A stretch of DNA of 63,963 bases, counting the filler, from Atractiella rhizophila (taxonomy: Eukaryota): assembly GCA_021432655.1 (NCBI GenBank). It is 4 parts of 4 records of this genome, joined end to end, with 100 filler letters (N's around TTAATTAATTAA, not from the genome) between each part and the next. Parts side by side here need not be neighbours in the genome. Positions count along the whole stretch, not along the records: positions 43,801 to 61,902 come from MU271817.1; 3 more parts are not named here. One strand, written 5' to 3'. This document shows positions 49,175 to 61,704 of this stretch, piece after piece. Positions within the stretch are counted from its first letter, which is position 1; each line of letters opens with the position of its first letter. The notes beneath the pieces were generated by a model that saw nothing but the letters and a program-made list of their open reading frames with translations, ran no database searches and was not told the origin of the DNA. The position numbers and the translations under genes are program-made.

Positions 49175-50253
49175 CGGTACGCAATGTTTAGAGTCGTGAA
49201 CGAGCAGAACGAACCTAAGAAGCCGTAGACCTGTGGGGAAGGCAAGCGTCGTACCCCGCGTCTCCTCCTTTTATTCTCATCGATCACGGACTTTCATTGA
49301 TGCTCGGCAGAGGTTAGGCAATTTGCTTTCAAGCTGGAGAGGTTGCTAAAGAGCCGATAATCTGCCGAAGGAGGTCTTAGTCGTGGCAGTCTATAGCTAC
49401 TCGCTGTGAGTAAGGGCTGCATTAGCTAGATTAGGGCCGTTATATCCCCCTCGTCATTCCCTCCCCGCCGCAGCTGTCCCTCTACTTTGTCTACTTTGTT
49501 TTCTCCTTCTGTTCTTCGCTTCTGTTCTTCGGGTCCGTTGTGGTTGGCGTTTCCCAAGTCTTCCATAAAGCGTGTTCGCGTCGAGGTTCTGACGTTCTAG
49601 AAACGTTGGTGAAATACGTTGGCACCAGTGGATATTCCTCCAATCAATCTTGAGAAAATTCAATAAAAAGACTTTGACGGGCTCTGAAAACTGAGAACGG
49701 TCTAGGTCCTCAATAACGAACGTTAATGAACTATGACTGTATCAAGATTTAAATGCTTGGCCGCCAGTTCACTTGTCTTATTCTTAGAGTAATTGCTACA
49801 ATCGTTTAGAGTTGCTCGATTCCTACAAACTGTCGGGAGGACCCCTTATTTCATTGAAACTTGGTGTAGAGAAAAACACCAACATAGTCCGCGTGTGGCA
49901 GTACCTTTTCCATTCTCGCTAATCCTTTCTGGGACGGTTCGCTCTTGCCTAGTCCATGAACGCCTATAACCACATCTGCGAAAATCCGACACTTTCCCAA
50001 GAGCTCTTTATCGACTCTCATCACTCTTCACTAAAAACGAGTTACGAAAACTCTCTTTCGAGTTCTCGGAAGTTCCTCACATCTCCGTCACATTCTGATC
50101 CAAGAGGAAAGTTTGATGGCTCGAACAGACGAAAACCACCGAACACATGTCCTACTCTGGAATTTCTGTCTCGTCTCCAAATGGGTGGAATGAAGATGCA
50201 CCCTGGAGGGAAATCATGAGGCCAGCTTATAAAAAAGCTAGGGGTTCGACGTA

Positions 50254-51050
50254 GATTTAAAATATGCCAAACGATCCGCCTGTCTTCACGACACCTTCTT
50301 CCTTTAGATCTACACGTCGACATAGGACAGCTCTTTGCGTTTATTACTACGCACCTCCAACCTGACGAAGGTGTCTGTCCTGAAGTCAAAGCTCTTCTCC
50401 AACCAATGTCGAACACCTCTTATGCAAAGTGAAGCGTTAAGCAATGGGATGACCATCGACAAACCAAAAAAAGACCAACATGCCATCCGCAACTTATCGC
50501 CCACCCATTCTGCAGGAATGTAAAGAATGTAATCGTCAGCATTCACTGATTCCGAGCTGATTCTAAACAACACATTTACAGCAATAACCGCTAGTGCTTT
50601 TCTTTTAAGTTTCGCTTTCGAACATACAACGGCTGCTTTTGGGGATAAATCAGAGCCCCAATTCTATAAGTCGCTGTTGCGCTCTCTAATATCGTCTTTC
50701 AAATTCCTGTCTATGCAAACCAAATTCAAGCAGTTTAATGAAAATAACATTCATTTCCCACCGTTCGATCGTTTGCAGCCTTACACATCTAGCTCTATAT
50801 TTCAAAGTTGGCATAACAGACAGACTCGACATGGAAATGTGCACAAACGCGCAGGATGGACTTTAACCCGTAATTTGGCTAGCTCCTGTGGCGATAGATA
50901 TCCCATGCATATTGCCATCGCAACAACGATATGACAAAACAAATGCAGCTCATTAATGTTCAACGTTCAATTTCCACTATAGGCAGGTCGGGGACTGGCG
51001 CACCTGCGCCTTTACGATTTAAAATATGCCAAACGATCCGCCTGTCTTCA
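50254..51050. repeat. 35-bp perfect direct repeat (50254-50288 and 51016-51050) flanking 727 bp
   Basis: GATTTAAAATATGCCAAACGATCCGCCTGTCTTCA occurs twice. Confidence 0.92.
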
Positions 51051-52849
51051 GGGCTCAGAGTACGACAACTTCCAAGCCAGTGAGCAACCCATCGTTTTCG
51101 CGTCTAGGAGCATTCTGGGCCGTCGAATTTACATGTCGGACATTATGATGTGTGCAGACCACTATAGAAGCAAACCGTTGTGCATATTGCGTCGAGTATG
51201 GTGCTCATCAATCCCGGCTTCATATTCAAGTTGGCGAGTCCTGCCTATGTACATATCGATATACATGAATAACCCATAAGTGATTGATCGTCTCGCTCAT
51301 GAACGCTTTCGAACCGTCGATGCACGACAACTCAAAAAGAAGGTATCACCCATCTGAAGTAAAGGAGTTCGAGCGTTTTGCGAGGGTTTCTGCTGTTTTG
51401 CAGCGATCTCTGAAAGAAAAGACATTGTCCACCGACGCAGACTGATTGATGGCAACGGCGAAAACGACGCATATCAGGACAACTTCAATCCTTTCAGTTG
51501 AGACATCAGACATCGATATCAGACCTGTCCATTGCCATCGATATCATCCTTCGCCCAATTGCTCGCTCAAACAAACCCCGCTCACCTTTCACAAGCCCGT
51601 CCAAGCTATGAAAGACTCGCGGCCTTGCTCACTCCAAGTAGTTCTTGGACACCCTCCCCCTCCTGACCTGAGCACGCACCACCACCCACTCACCACATCT
51701 CGCTCAAATCGTCTCTGAGAGTCGCACGCAGCACACTCCTCGCATCCACACGATTCGTCTTTTATAACTCGCTCGTTGTTTGCTGCGGCCTGCAAGTAAG
51801 GAATGAGCAAACAAGACCAATTTAGATCTCCTTGTTGACGACCACAGTTCTTCTCGTCTGTTTCAGCTGCCAATTCAGCGTATGCTCATGGACAGCGTTC
51901 GGACGAAGAGCTTGGACCCATTGGTGGTTGGAACGGCGGATCGAGAGGCGGAGCAGTCTGCTGCCCCCGAGGTGTTGAGGTTAAAGGTGGAGAAGCTTAA
52001 AGAGGCACTCAGGGATGTTCTGGACGCGTTCCGCCCTGAACGTCAGATGAGCAGATCTCGCAGGTCAGGAGGGAGTGTGGCGTCGTGTGAAGTTGAGGCT
52101 CAAGAGGTGCGTTCTGTGTTCCTCTTCAGCGCCGCATTCGCATTTGAGATGGGGCATGAACGGTTCGTACGTAGGTGCGGAGGGACGAGTATGGATGTCA
52201 ATGCTTTTCTTACCCATGCTGTCAAACCGCAAGGTCAATTATCCAAAGCGTCAGAACCGTGTTTTTAACACCTCATTTGTTCCGATCTGGTTATGGGCAA
52301 GAGTTGTGGTGAACAAAAGCGCTCCTCTTGTCTCTACCGTCATAGGAGCCCTCACAAAATGCTGTACTCTTTACTCCTTGCAATCCCAACCCTGTTCCTT
52401 CTGGGGTTACGCCATCTGCTTCGCATGCTGACCCGATATTGTACTCAGGATCCCATTTTGCCTTTGATATTGCCTCTGGATGAAGTGCCAATTGATGAAG
52501 CACGTGAAACGGCGCGACGCGAGGAGGAGGGACGGACGGAGGATGCAGTCGTCGAATCAAATGCAGCAGGAGAAACGACGCTTGTCGACGCGGGAGATCC
52601 GCCAGAGGAACCTTTGGTCGATATTGACGGAGAAGAGCCCGCGCGTAAAGTCAAGGTCGTCGATGTCGACTTTGAAGGAGATGAAGACGAGAGTATTGAA
52701 GGAGATTGGAGAAGACCGCGGCCGAAACTGGATCCATTGCAAGAGGTTATGGAATTACTGCTTAAGTGGGACTCCCCTTCCAATCTCTTCTTTCAGCCAC
52801 TTCAGCCCAGATCTATGCAGGTGTTAATATTTGGTGATGTTTGGCGGTA

Positions 52850-55090
52850 ATGGCGAACAGGAAGCTTAACTCCCTCTCGGCTCCTCAGCCTCCCTTACCT
52901 CTCTCCACCATGCACGATCCATGGGGCACAGATCCCATCTACGTCCCTCCACTTCCATATGTCAGTGGAAATGGCACTGGATTGACATCTACCTCCTCAC
53001 CTTCTACGAGCATGTCCGCACGCGAACTTGCAAGGGTGTTATCGCTCTGCTTCCAAGCATTCGCATCACGGACTGTCCCCGCATCTATCCCCTCTGCATC
53101 AGGAACAACAGCTAAAGATAAAGAAGAAGGTAGTGTGGAAGAGAGAGAGAAGAAAGTGGATTCGAAAGACAAAGAGGTGATATCGCTGTTGGTCGAAGCT
53201 TATGAAGGTCTTTTACCTCTCCTACCACCGTCCTCCCTCTCCGGCCTCCATCTGCCACTGCATCTCAGTCACGGGTGCAGTTTATCTCCCCCTTATTCTC
53301 CCACTCATCCCCATTCCTTCCGTCCCGGTTGTCAAAACCCACAGACCCGCCCCTCTTCGTCTTCCGGCACGGGCAGTCAACCCCCAATCTTCCGTCTCCC
53401 TCCTGAACTCCTCCTTCGCATCTTCCTCCATCTCAGAGCGTCGGCTGAGTCACCTCCTTCCCCTTCTTCCGACGCACATTGGCCGTACACACCCTCACGG
53501 TCTCTCTTACAAATGGATCTCCATACCCTTGCTCTGGTCTGTCGAACTTGGGAACCGGCTGCGAGACAGGCTGCATATGCTGTTGTGTCTTTGAGAAAAA
53601 AGGAGCAAATGGATAAATTGTACTCTACAATCGAACAGAGCAGCAATGACGGCGATGCCTCCGAAAAGGGAAAAGGACAGGGAGGAAGGAGGATTGCCGC
53701 TTGGATACGAGAAATTGACGTCAAAGTCTCGACCGCGACGAGGTCGATGAGGAGGTTGAGGGGAGGAAACGCCCCTATCAGTACCACTACGGGACCGTTC
53801 GCATGGATGCATACGGGAGGAGGGGGACATCCCTTCTACTCCTCATCTACCGTCCCCCTCGCGTCCTCCGATACGTGCGGGACATCCCTTGGGAGGTTGT
53901 TGAGCGCCTGTCCGAACGTCGCCAGTGTGGAAGTGAGCATTTCGAACGGGGGCAGCTCGTACGGTTATTCGATCGGGGCAGAGTTCCTGGAGGCGGGGTT
54001 ACTGGAGAGTCTGTGTACTATGCGAGGATTGAGGAGTGTAACTTGGAGACAGAGCCTGGATTTCGGTGATCTCGTCGAAATCTTACGCGAAGTAAAAACG
54101 ATCGAAAACCTCTCCCTGCCCGCAGGTGTGACAAACTTGTCGTCACCTCCCCCTGCACCGTCTGTCACTGCCATTCCAGCTCCTGGTGTTGGAATTGGCG
54201 CAGCAGTGAGCTCAGTACCAGAAGAGCCAGAGCATCAAGCACGCCTGAAGTCTTTTCAGTGCTCTAATTGGGACTTTCCTTCCATCACTCCTGCCCAGCT
54301 TTGCTGGATCCTCCGCCCTGCTGTCCACACTATAAAAACACTCGACCTCGGTAGTTGGAGCGGAAATGGCGCCTTTGGGCTGAACGGTGCGCCGCAAGGT
54401 GGCGGAAGGAGTCCTCCATGGGCTACAGCGGAAGTTGCAGACTTGCTCGTTCAGATGAAGGCGGTGGAAAGGGTCGCGTTGAGGGATTTACATGGTCTGG
54501 GTGTGGTCCGTACCCATTCCTACCCCTCTTCCCTCATGCTGTCCATGCAATCGTAGATATTGAATCAAATGATGGCGCAGGTGGATCAGAGTCTTCGGAA
54601 CGACCCTCACAACGGATACCTCGACCACTCACTCTCTCACTTCTCCAATCTCACCGAACTCGCAATCGACTGGTCTTACACAGGCCCAGAGTTCTTGACC
54701 TCCCTCGCCCCTTCAATCGAATCCCTCCTTCTCTTCGGAGCACCGACCAGCACGAACGCCGATCCTAAGGACCTCCTTGCACTCGTGGAGCGCAAAAATT
54801 CGAAACTCACCACACTCGTGTTGAGTGGGTGGCCGGTCGGTGTCGCAGGAAGTTGGAATAGCAAAGAGATCAGGGCACTGAGGTATGTGTACCCTCTGTA
54901 TTTTGTCCTTAGGGACGAACGAAGGACGTGTGCTAAATTGCGCGTTGTAGGAGCGTGTGCCATCGAAAAGGTTGCCTGTTCGCTTTCACAGGCGGTTCAT
55001 AACCAGTTTTGGCATGTCTCCTGGAAAGACGATGTGATGTTGCTTGATTTGCAAGAAGTAGGCGGTGGACGTGAAAGCAGTTTGTTGTGA
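52850..55090 (+). CDS. F-box / LRR(RNI)-like protein, 2 introns near 3' end
   Basis: IFRLPPELLLRIF..LALVCRTW..AA F-box; LSACPNV, LRSV, IKTLDL, FSNLTELAI repeats; start codon uncertain (52850 or 52910). Confidence 0.8.
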
Positions 55091-56755
55091 TTCAATTCTG
55101 GTTGTGGTCGCAAATCTGTCCATAATCACGGTCTCTCTTACAAATGGATCTCCATACCCTTGCTCTGGTCTGTCGAACTTGGGAACCGGCTGCGAGACAG
55201 GCTGCATATGCTGTTGTGTCTTTGAGAAAAAAGGAGCAAATGGATAAACTGTACTCTACAATCGAACAGAGCAGCAATGACGGCGATGCCTCCGAAAAGG
55301 GAAAAGGACAGGGAGGAAGGAGGATTGCCGCTTGGATACGAGAAATTGACGTCAAAGTCTCGACCGCGACGAGGTCGATGAGGAGGTTGAGGGGAGGAAA
55401 CGCCCCTATCAGTACCACTACGGGACCATTCGCATGGATGCATACGGGAGGAGGGGGACATCCCTTCTACTCCTCATCTACCGTCCCCCTCGCGTCCTCC
55501 GATACGTGCGGGACATCCCTTGGGAGGTTGTTGAGCGCCTGTCCGAACGTCGCCAGTGTGGAAGTGAGCATTTCGAACGGGGGCAGCTCGTACGGTTATT
55601 CGATCGGGGCAGAGTTCCTGGAGGCGGGGTTACTGGAGAGTCTGTGTACTATGCGAGGATTGAGGAGTGTAACTTGGAGACAGAGCCTGGATTTCGGTGA
55701 TCTCGTCGAAATCTTACGCGAAGTAAAAACGATCGAAAACCTCTCCCTGCCCGCAGGTGTGACAAACTTGTCGTCACCTCCCCCTGCACCGTCTGTCACT
55801 GCCATTCCAGCTCCTGGTGTTGGAATTGGCGCAGCAGTGAGCTCAGTACCAGAAGAGCCAGAGCATCAAGCACGCCTGAAGTCTTTTCAGTGCTCTAATT
55901 GGGACTTTCCTTCCATCACTCCTGCCCAGCTTTGCTGGATCCTCCGCCCTGCTGTCCACACTATAAAAACACTCGACCTCGGTAGTTGGAGCGGAAATGG
56001 CGCCTTTGGGCTGAACGGTGCGCCGCAAGGTGGCGGAAGGAGTCCTCCATGGGCTACAGCGGAAGTTGCAGACTTGCTCGTTCAGATGAAGGCGGTGGAA
56101 AGGGTCGCGTTGAGGGATTTACATGGTCTGGGTGTGGTCCGTACCCATTCCTACCCCTCTTCCCTCATGCTGTCCATGCAATCGTAGATATTGAATCAAA
56201 TGATGGCGCAGGTGGATCAGAGTCTTCGGAACGACCCTCACAACGGATACCTCGACCACTCACTCTCTCACTTCTCCAATCTCACCGAACTCGCAATCGA
56301 CTGGTCTTACACAGGCCCAGAGTTCTTGACCTCCCTCGCCCCTTCAATCGAATCCCTCCTTCTCTTCGGAGCACCGACCAGCACGAACGCCGATCCTAAG
56401 GACCTCCTTGCACTCGTGGAGCGCAAAAATTCGAAACTCACCACACTCGTGTTGAGTGGGTGGCCGGTCGGTGTCGCAGGAAGTTGGAATAGCAAAGAGA
56501 TCAGGGCACTGAGGTATGTGTACCCTCTCTATTTTGTCCTTAGGGACGAACGAAGGACGTATGCTAAATTGCGCGTTGTAGGAGCGTGTGCCATCGAAAA
56601 GGTTGCCTGTTCGCTTTCACAGGCGGTTCATAACCAGTTTTGGCATGTCTCCTGGAAAGACGATGTGATGTTGCTTGATTTGCAAGAAGTAGGCGGTGGA
56701 CGTGAAAGCAGTTTGTTGTGATTCAATTCTGGTTGTGGTCGCAAATCTGTCCATA
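53495..56755. repeat. Tandem duplication, 1631-bp period (53495-55124 / 55126-56755), giving a 5'-truncated second F-box copy
   Basis: ORFs repeat at offset 1631; about 4 substitutions seen; single extra A at junction 55125. Confidence 0.95.
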
Positions 56756-56937
56756 TTAACGGGGGCCAAGCCACAAAATGCTCGTATTGGCGCTCTCAGG
56801 TCAGTATCCGAGCCAGTTTTTAGTCAGTTGTTGCTTGCATGACAGATATGGGATCTTTGAGGCGTTCATTTTCGTCCGCTGTATGTACTACTAGCGACTG
56901 TGTAGGAAAGGAGGAATCAAGTTCAAAACATCCAATT

Positions 56938-59633
56938 TCATCGATCATAACGAGCACTGAAAAAGTCCTTCTCTGAGTAAAAGCGAGCCTTAACCACCCT
57001 ACCCCCGAAGAATCGGCCATCGAATTGCTTCAAAGACATGTAGGCTCCAGCCATCCCTGAGAAGACGACAAAGACTCGAACTGCGTCCTCGACGTTCCCA
57101 TACGTGGGCAGGGTGTAGATAAAACAGCGTTCGACGATCCCATGCTTCCCAGCCTCTTCCGCTAACCAAGACCAATCAACATCGTGCATACTGGGAGTGG
57201 GAGACGAATGGACGTACCGATCTCACCAGGAAGGTCATCGTCAATCTGATCAGGCTCCACCATATTGCTCAGAAGGACGATCCGACTAGGTTCACCGTAC
57301 TTGTCCTTCTCCTCAGCCCTCTTCTGGTCCCTGGCAGTATCCACCACATTCCCTCTCAAGCCCACCTTCGGAGTGGGAGCAGGCTCAGCCTTGTTCTTCC
57401 CCTTTCCTTTCTTCTCCTTCGTGGGTTGAGCAATCGACAACGCATCCACTCTTCCTTCCCGTCCTACAGCTCCTAGTCCTTGACCTTCAGACCAACCGTA
57501 TTTTGCCATGAATCGTGAAGCAAAGTCTTTCGGTCCATCACTAGCTCATGCGCATGTTAGCTTTCTTACACTCTTGAATGGGGGAAGTGAATATAGCTGA
57601 CTTTTCTTCTGGGGCAGGCGGTGGCGGAGGGGCTGGTTGAGGAGGTTGAGCACCAAGTTTGCTCAATTTCTCAGCAATCGCCTTCGCCTTCTGTTGAGCC
57701 TCGCTAAGGTTAAAAGCAGGTGCGGCAACTGGTAATGGCGGGCTCAATTCACTCGCTAGGGGAGCAGGAGGGATTCCACCGTCATCGAAAGGCTCCGCAG
57801 GTTTTGGAGCCATTTGTCGTTGAAAGTGAAGCTCTGGGCCGCGGTATACGGTACCTGGCATGAGTTCCGGAGGAGGATAACTCGGAGGAGGTGGTGGAGG
57901 TAAAGCTTTCGACATCGCCAGACGACGGGCGTAGGCGTCTTCCCCAGTCTCGTTCATTGGCGCCATAGCGACCCGACGAGCGTAGGCCGCTTCGCCCGTC
58001 TCTTCAGGCGGCGGTGCGAAGGATGCTTCTGGTTGAGGAGGAGGAGAATCGTAGTTCTTCGGCGGAGCAAACATTCCAACTATGCGCAAAAAAAAATAAT
58101 AGTTGATCAGTGCTCTGAACGACTGGGATGGGCAGACCTTTAGCTCGTTTGGTCTCGCGTGGAGAGTTGCTTCGACTTCGATCGCTATAGTCGCTGGAAT
58201 AGTCAGATTCACTGCTCCTCCTCCTCTTCCGCTCCTTCTCCCTCTGTCTCTCCATCTGTCTTTCTTCTCGTTTCTGTCTCTGATACTCAAGCCATTCAAA
58301 CTGCGACATCAATCAACATTGTCGTTCCATCCAACAGAATAAACAAACAAACGTACGTAGTCATTAGGCTTAGCCGGATCGTACTCCGCGTCATAGCTCA
58401 CAGGCTCAGGTTCATTAACCTTCCCGCCCTTTTTCTTTTTCTATGCTCACGAAGTCGAAACAAAGCAAAGGCTGAGCTCTCATCATTTAAGGAGGGCAAA
58501 GAAAAAGACCTTTTTCTTCGAAGTCGATTTCTGCGCTCGTCGACCCGCATCGGTCTTCAGGAACCCATTCACATCTTCCTCTTCTCCGGGAAGGGTGAGC
58601 GGTGGAGGGACTATTTTCTTGACTGTCATGCCGGCGGGCAGTGAGGTTTGAGCTAGAGGTTGTGGAGGAGGATTGGAGTCGAGGTTCGAGGTTGACGCGG
58701 CGATGACGGCGGCTGTTGACATTCCAGATTTTGGAACTTGAACAGTAGTCGAGGGCTGCTTGCGTTTGATGGGGGCAAAGCGTAACGAGGAAGACCACAC
58801 TGGTGGAGAAATCACTACGATCAGTACTGTGTCCTTAGACTTTGGCAACGTTGTCGGCTGGATTGCAATTCCAGCCCCACAGGTCTGGAGCAAGAAGTTT
58901 CCTCGGCCGTCGTGCATAAGTTGCTGCCAAACGGTCCAAGTGTCTCTTGCTCGAAGCAGATGGAAGGAATGTTATTTGGAACGGCTATTTCTGTCTGGCC
59001 CTTTTGGAAGGGGGGCTTGCATCTCGTCCCTAACTCGACCACAGATTCGCAAGACTTGCCGATCAAGGCTCATGGGTATTGTGGAAGATAGCGAACGACA
59101 TCACTCCAGAATGGGAGCCTGTGTAAAATCCCCACAAAGCTCTCAGTGTCGAGCAAATCCTCTCAAACAAGTTGCATTATTCGAGAAGGCAGGTGCTCGA
59201 TTTGAGGACAGAGACGGATATTTGTCAAGCGCTAAAAGGGCAAACAACGCGATGAACCAGGTTGAATGTAACAGTGCCAGAGCTCTCGAACTCCTGCACG
59301 TCCCCTCCTTTTTTCTTAGAAGGAACTTCAACAACCGGTCTTCACATCTACAATTCCACACGAAGAAAACCGACCTTTCTCCCCTTTCTTTTCCTCACCA
59401 CCATGTCCTTCCTTCTCCTTCGCCTCTTCCGCCCCTTTCACTTCCTCCTTTCCCGCCTCTCTGTGACCCTTCTCACTCAAATCCCTAACACGTTCCTTAG
59501 CCACCTCTTCCAAGTCATTTTTCCCCAAAGCACCCTCCAAAGTCGATCTCGCAGATTGTGCAGCTTGAGCGGGGGGTTCGGGAACGGCGACCGCCTTGGA
59601 CCCTGCAAAAGATATACCGCCGTATAGCGACAT
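56938..59633 (-). CDS. SPF45: Splicing factor 45 (RBM17/DRT111-like): SF45 motif, G-patch, UHM/RRM
   Basis: MSLYGGI; WSSSLRFAP; YDPAKPND; TGEDAYARRLAMS; MAKYGWSEGQGLG; IVLLSNMV; VRVFVVF..FDGRFFGGRVVKARFY. Confidence 0.88.
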
Positions 59634-60905
59634 TCTTGAAGTCCCGAAGCGAGAATAGTCTGGTTTTCGAGAGAGTCAATGATTATGGAGGGCAACGTCG
59701 TTGTTTTGGTCGTTTGTGGACGGAGACACGGAGCCGACTGAAGGAGAAGCAAGAACTACTTGTTCTGATTTGATTAAGAGGGATGGTCATGCTCAATGTT
59801 ATTGGATGACAGTAGAGCTCCGGTAGTATGTTGATATGGTATGCTTCTCGTTCCCCGGCTTTTCTTGTTATCGCTGCTTTCAGCTGGCTGGAACAACGAT
59901 GGAAGGCAAGAGGCTCTGCTGACAGGACCAGTGACCACCGTGTGCTCTCACTCCGTTATCTTCTTACCTGGGCCAGAAGAAGAGGATGGAAACTGTTGCT
60001 GCCTCCTGCAAATTGAAGGTTTTATCATGCTTTTGAGCCAAAGCCTCGATGCCATGCCTAGGATTCCTTCAGGCTCAACTTGTCTGTTTAAGAGTTTCAT
60101 TGCTTAGAGCACAATCTGAGTCCGTTTAGTTCGGAGAGTACTTTCTTGATCCTTTCCCTTCCGAGTCGTGAGCTACTGTGCGGGCAGCTCTCTCAATCTC
60201 TTCAGTTTGCGCAGACAACAATAAATGGAGCCACGATCCTTTCAAACAAGGATTTATCTATCCTTCTTCTCCAATGAGGCACTTGTCTTGATGGTCAGCA
60301 CTGTCAGCACTGAACCCAACAGCTATCTGAGAGCTTTGGTTGTTGCCTTTTGTGTAAACCATCCCCTCCGACCACGTCGTCTTGATTTCATCTCTCGAGC
60401 TAATTATTCGTCTCTTCAACCAAGCACGAATTCAGCGGCGGCAAGAATTTTAAGGATCGAGCGTCATTTTCTCCAATTGTGATCTGGTTTTCTAAGCTGT
60501 TATAAGCTTTGTTGACGAGGCAACACAGTGAAGCCGAATGGCCAAAGAGGAATATACATATGAAAGTCCTACGAAAGATAATAGTGCTCAAAGGACTATG
60601 ATTCCTCAGAGTGTTCTCACCTAATCCTTCCCCTCTTCCTTCTCTTATCTTCACTTCACATAAGGTGTCAGACGGGAGAGATGCTGTGCGGCCCCGGTCA
60701 CAGAGGGCTGACCGCGGATGAATGGATGCTTACAACCAACTTCGGTTTATGCGATGGCTGGCAGCGAATTTATGTCATGTTCCTGCCCGGAAGCGTTCCA
60801 GGGCCCGGATAAGGATGGAAGATATCAAGACGGCCTCCTTTGTCATGTCATAATGCTCGTCCCCCGCTCTCTTCCTCCCACATTTGCTTGTGACCACGCC
60901 ACACA

Positions 60906-61704
60906 ATGGCGGCTGCAGCGACATCTCCCGCTGGTCCAAAGCCCTCACCTGATGAACTCGAAGACTGGAATTACCTCCATGACGTGATGTCACAGTTCCA
61001 TGAAAACTTTCGACAGTGTTTTCGAGAAATCTATTCTCATACTGCGAACGATAATGCCTGGAGAGACGAATTTTGTTCCCTAAGTCAGTGTTGATTGAAT
61101 GCGTACTTTTCTCCTTTGCAATAGTTTAAACACAGTTGATATAGGTAGCTTTCTGCGTTTCGCTGAAAGCTTCTTCATTGGCTTATCGAACCATCACGGC
61201 ATCGAAGGTTCCTCGTTACTCCTCGATTGCTCTTCAGTGTTGACGTTAAAGATCAGAGGCACGATTGTTCCCAATTCTAGCCGAGAAGATGCCTGAATTC
61301 AGAGGTGGGGTGGTTGTGTTCATATGATGAAAGGCTGAGAAACTAGCAGGTGATAAACACCCCGATGAACACCGAAAAATTCACGCAGGTCCATTCTTTC
61401 CTGTCCCCCCTTTTCAATGCCCTGATTAAGGAATTCTTCGTGACAGGTCTGGACAAATATGGAGAATATGTTAAGGAGTGTAAACTTGATTCAAGCAAGT
61501 ATTCCGCTTCGAAGTTGAGGGAGATCATGGATTCCTTTGAAAAGATTCTCTTTTATCGTGCGCTTTCTTCTTTCACCATAGAGCGACAGCTCTGAGCATA
61601 GAATGTTGACAGATTTGGATGCCGAGGTCAAGAGCTTAGAATACGAGAACATGTCAAAGTACTGGACTTTGGATGAAGTTAGGAATAAGATTTTGAGATT
61701 CTGA
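60906..61704 (+). CDS. Hemerythrin/HHE cation-binding domain protein, multi-exon
   Basis: MSQFHENFR, LSNHHGIE|E..LFPILA.KMPEF, EHRKIH|AGLD, LREIMDSF..ILF.|HLDAEV..L..ENM.KYWTLDEV. Confidence 0.85.

Noticed and set aside
51882..52850. 128-aa and 185-aa ORFs upstream of the F-box gene
   Set aside because: May be real, but no family or reliable exon structure recognised; not called
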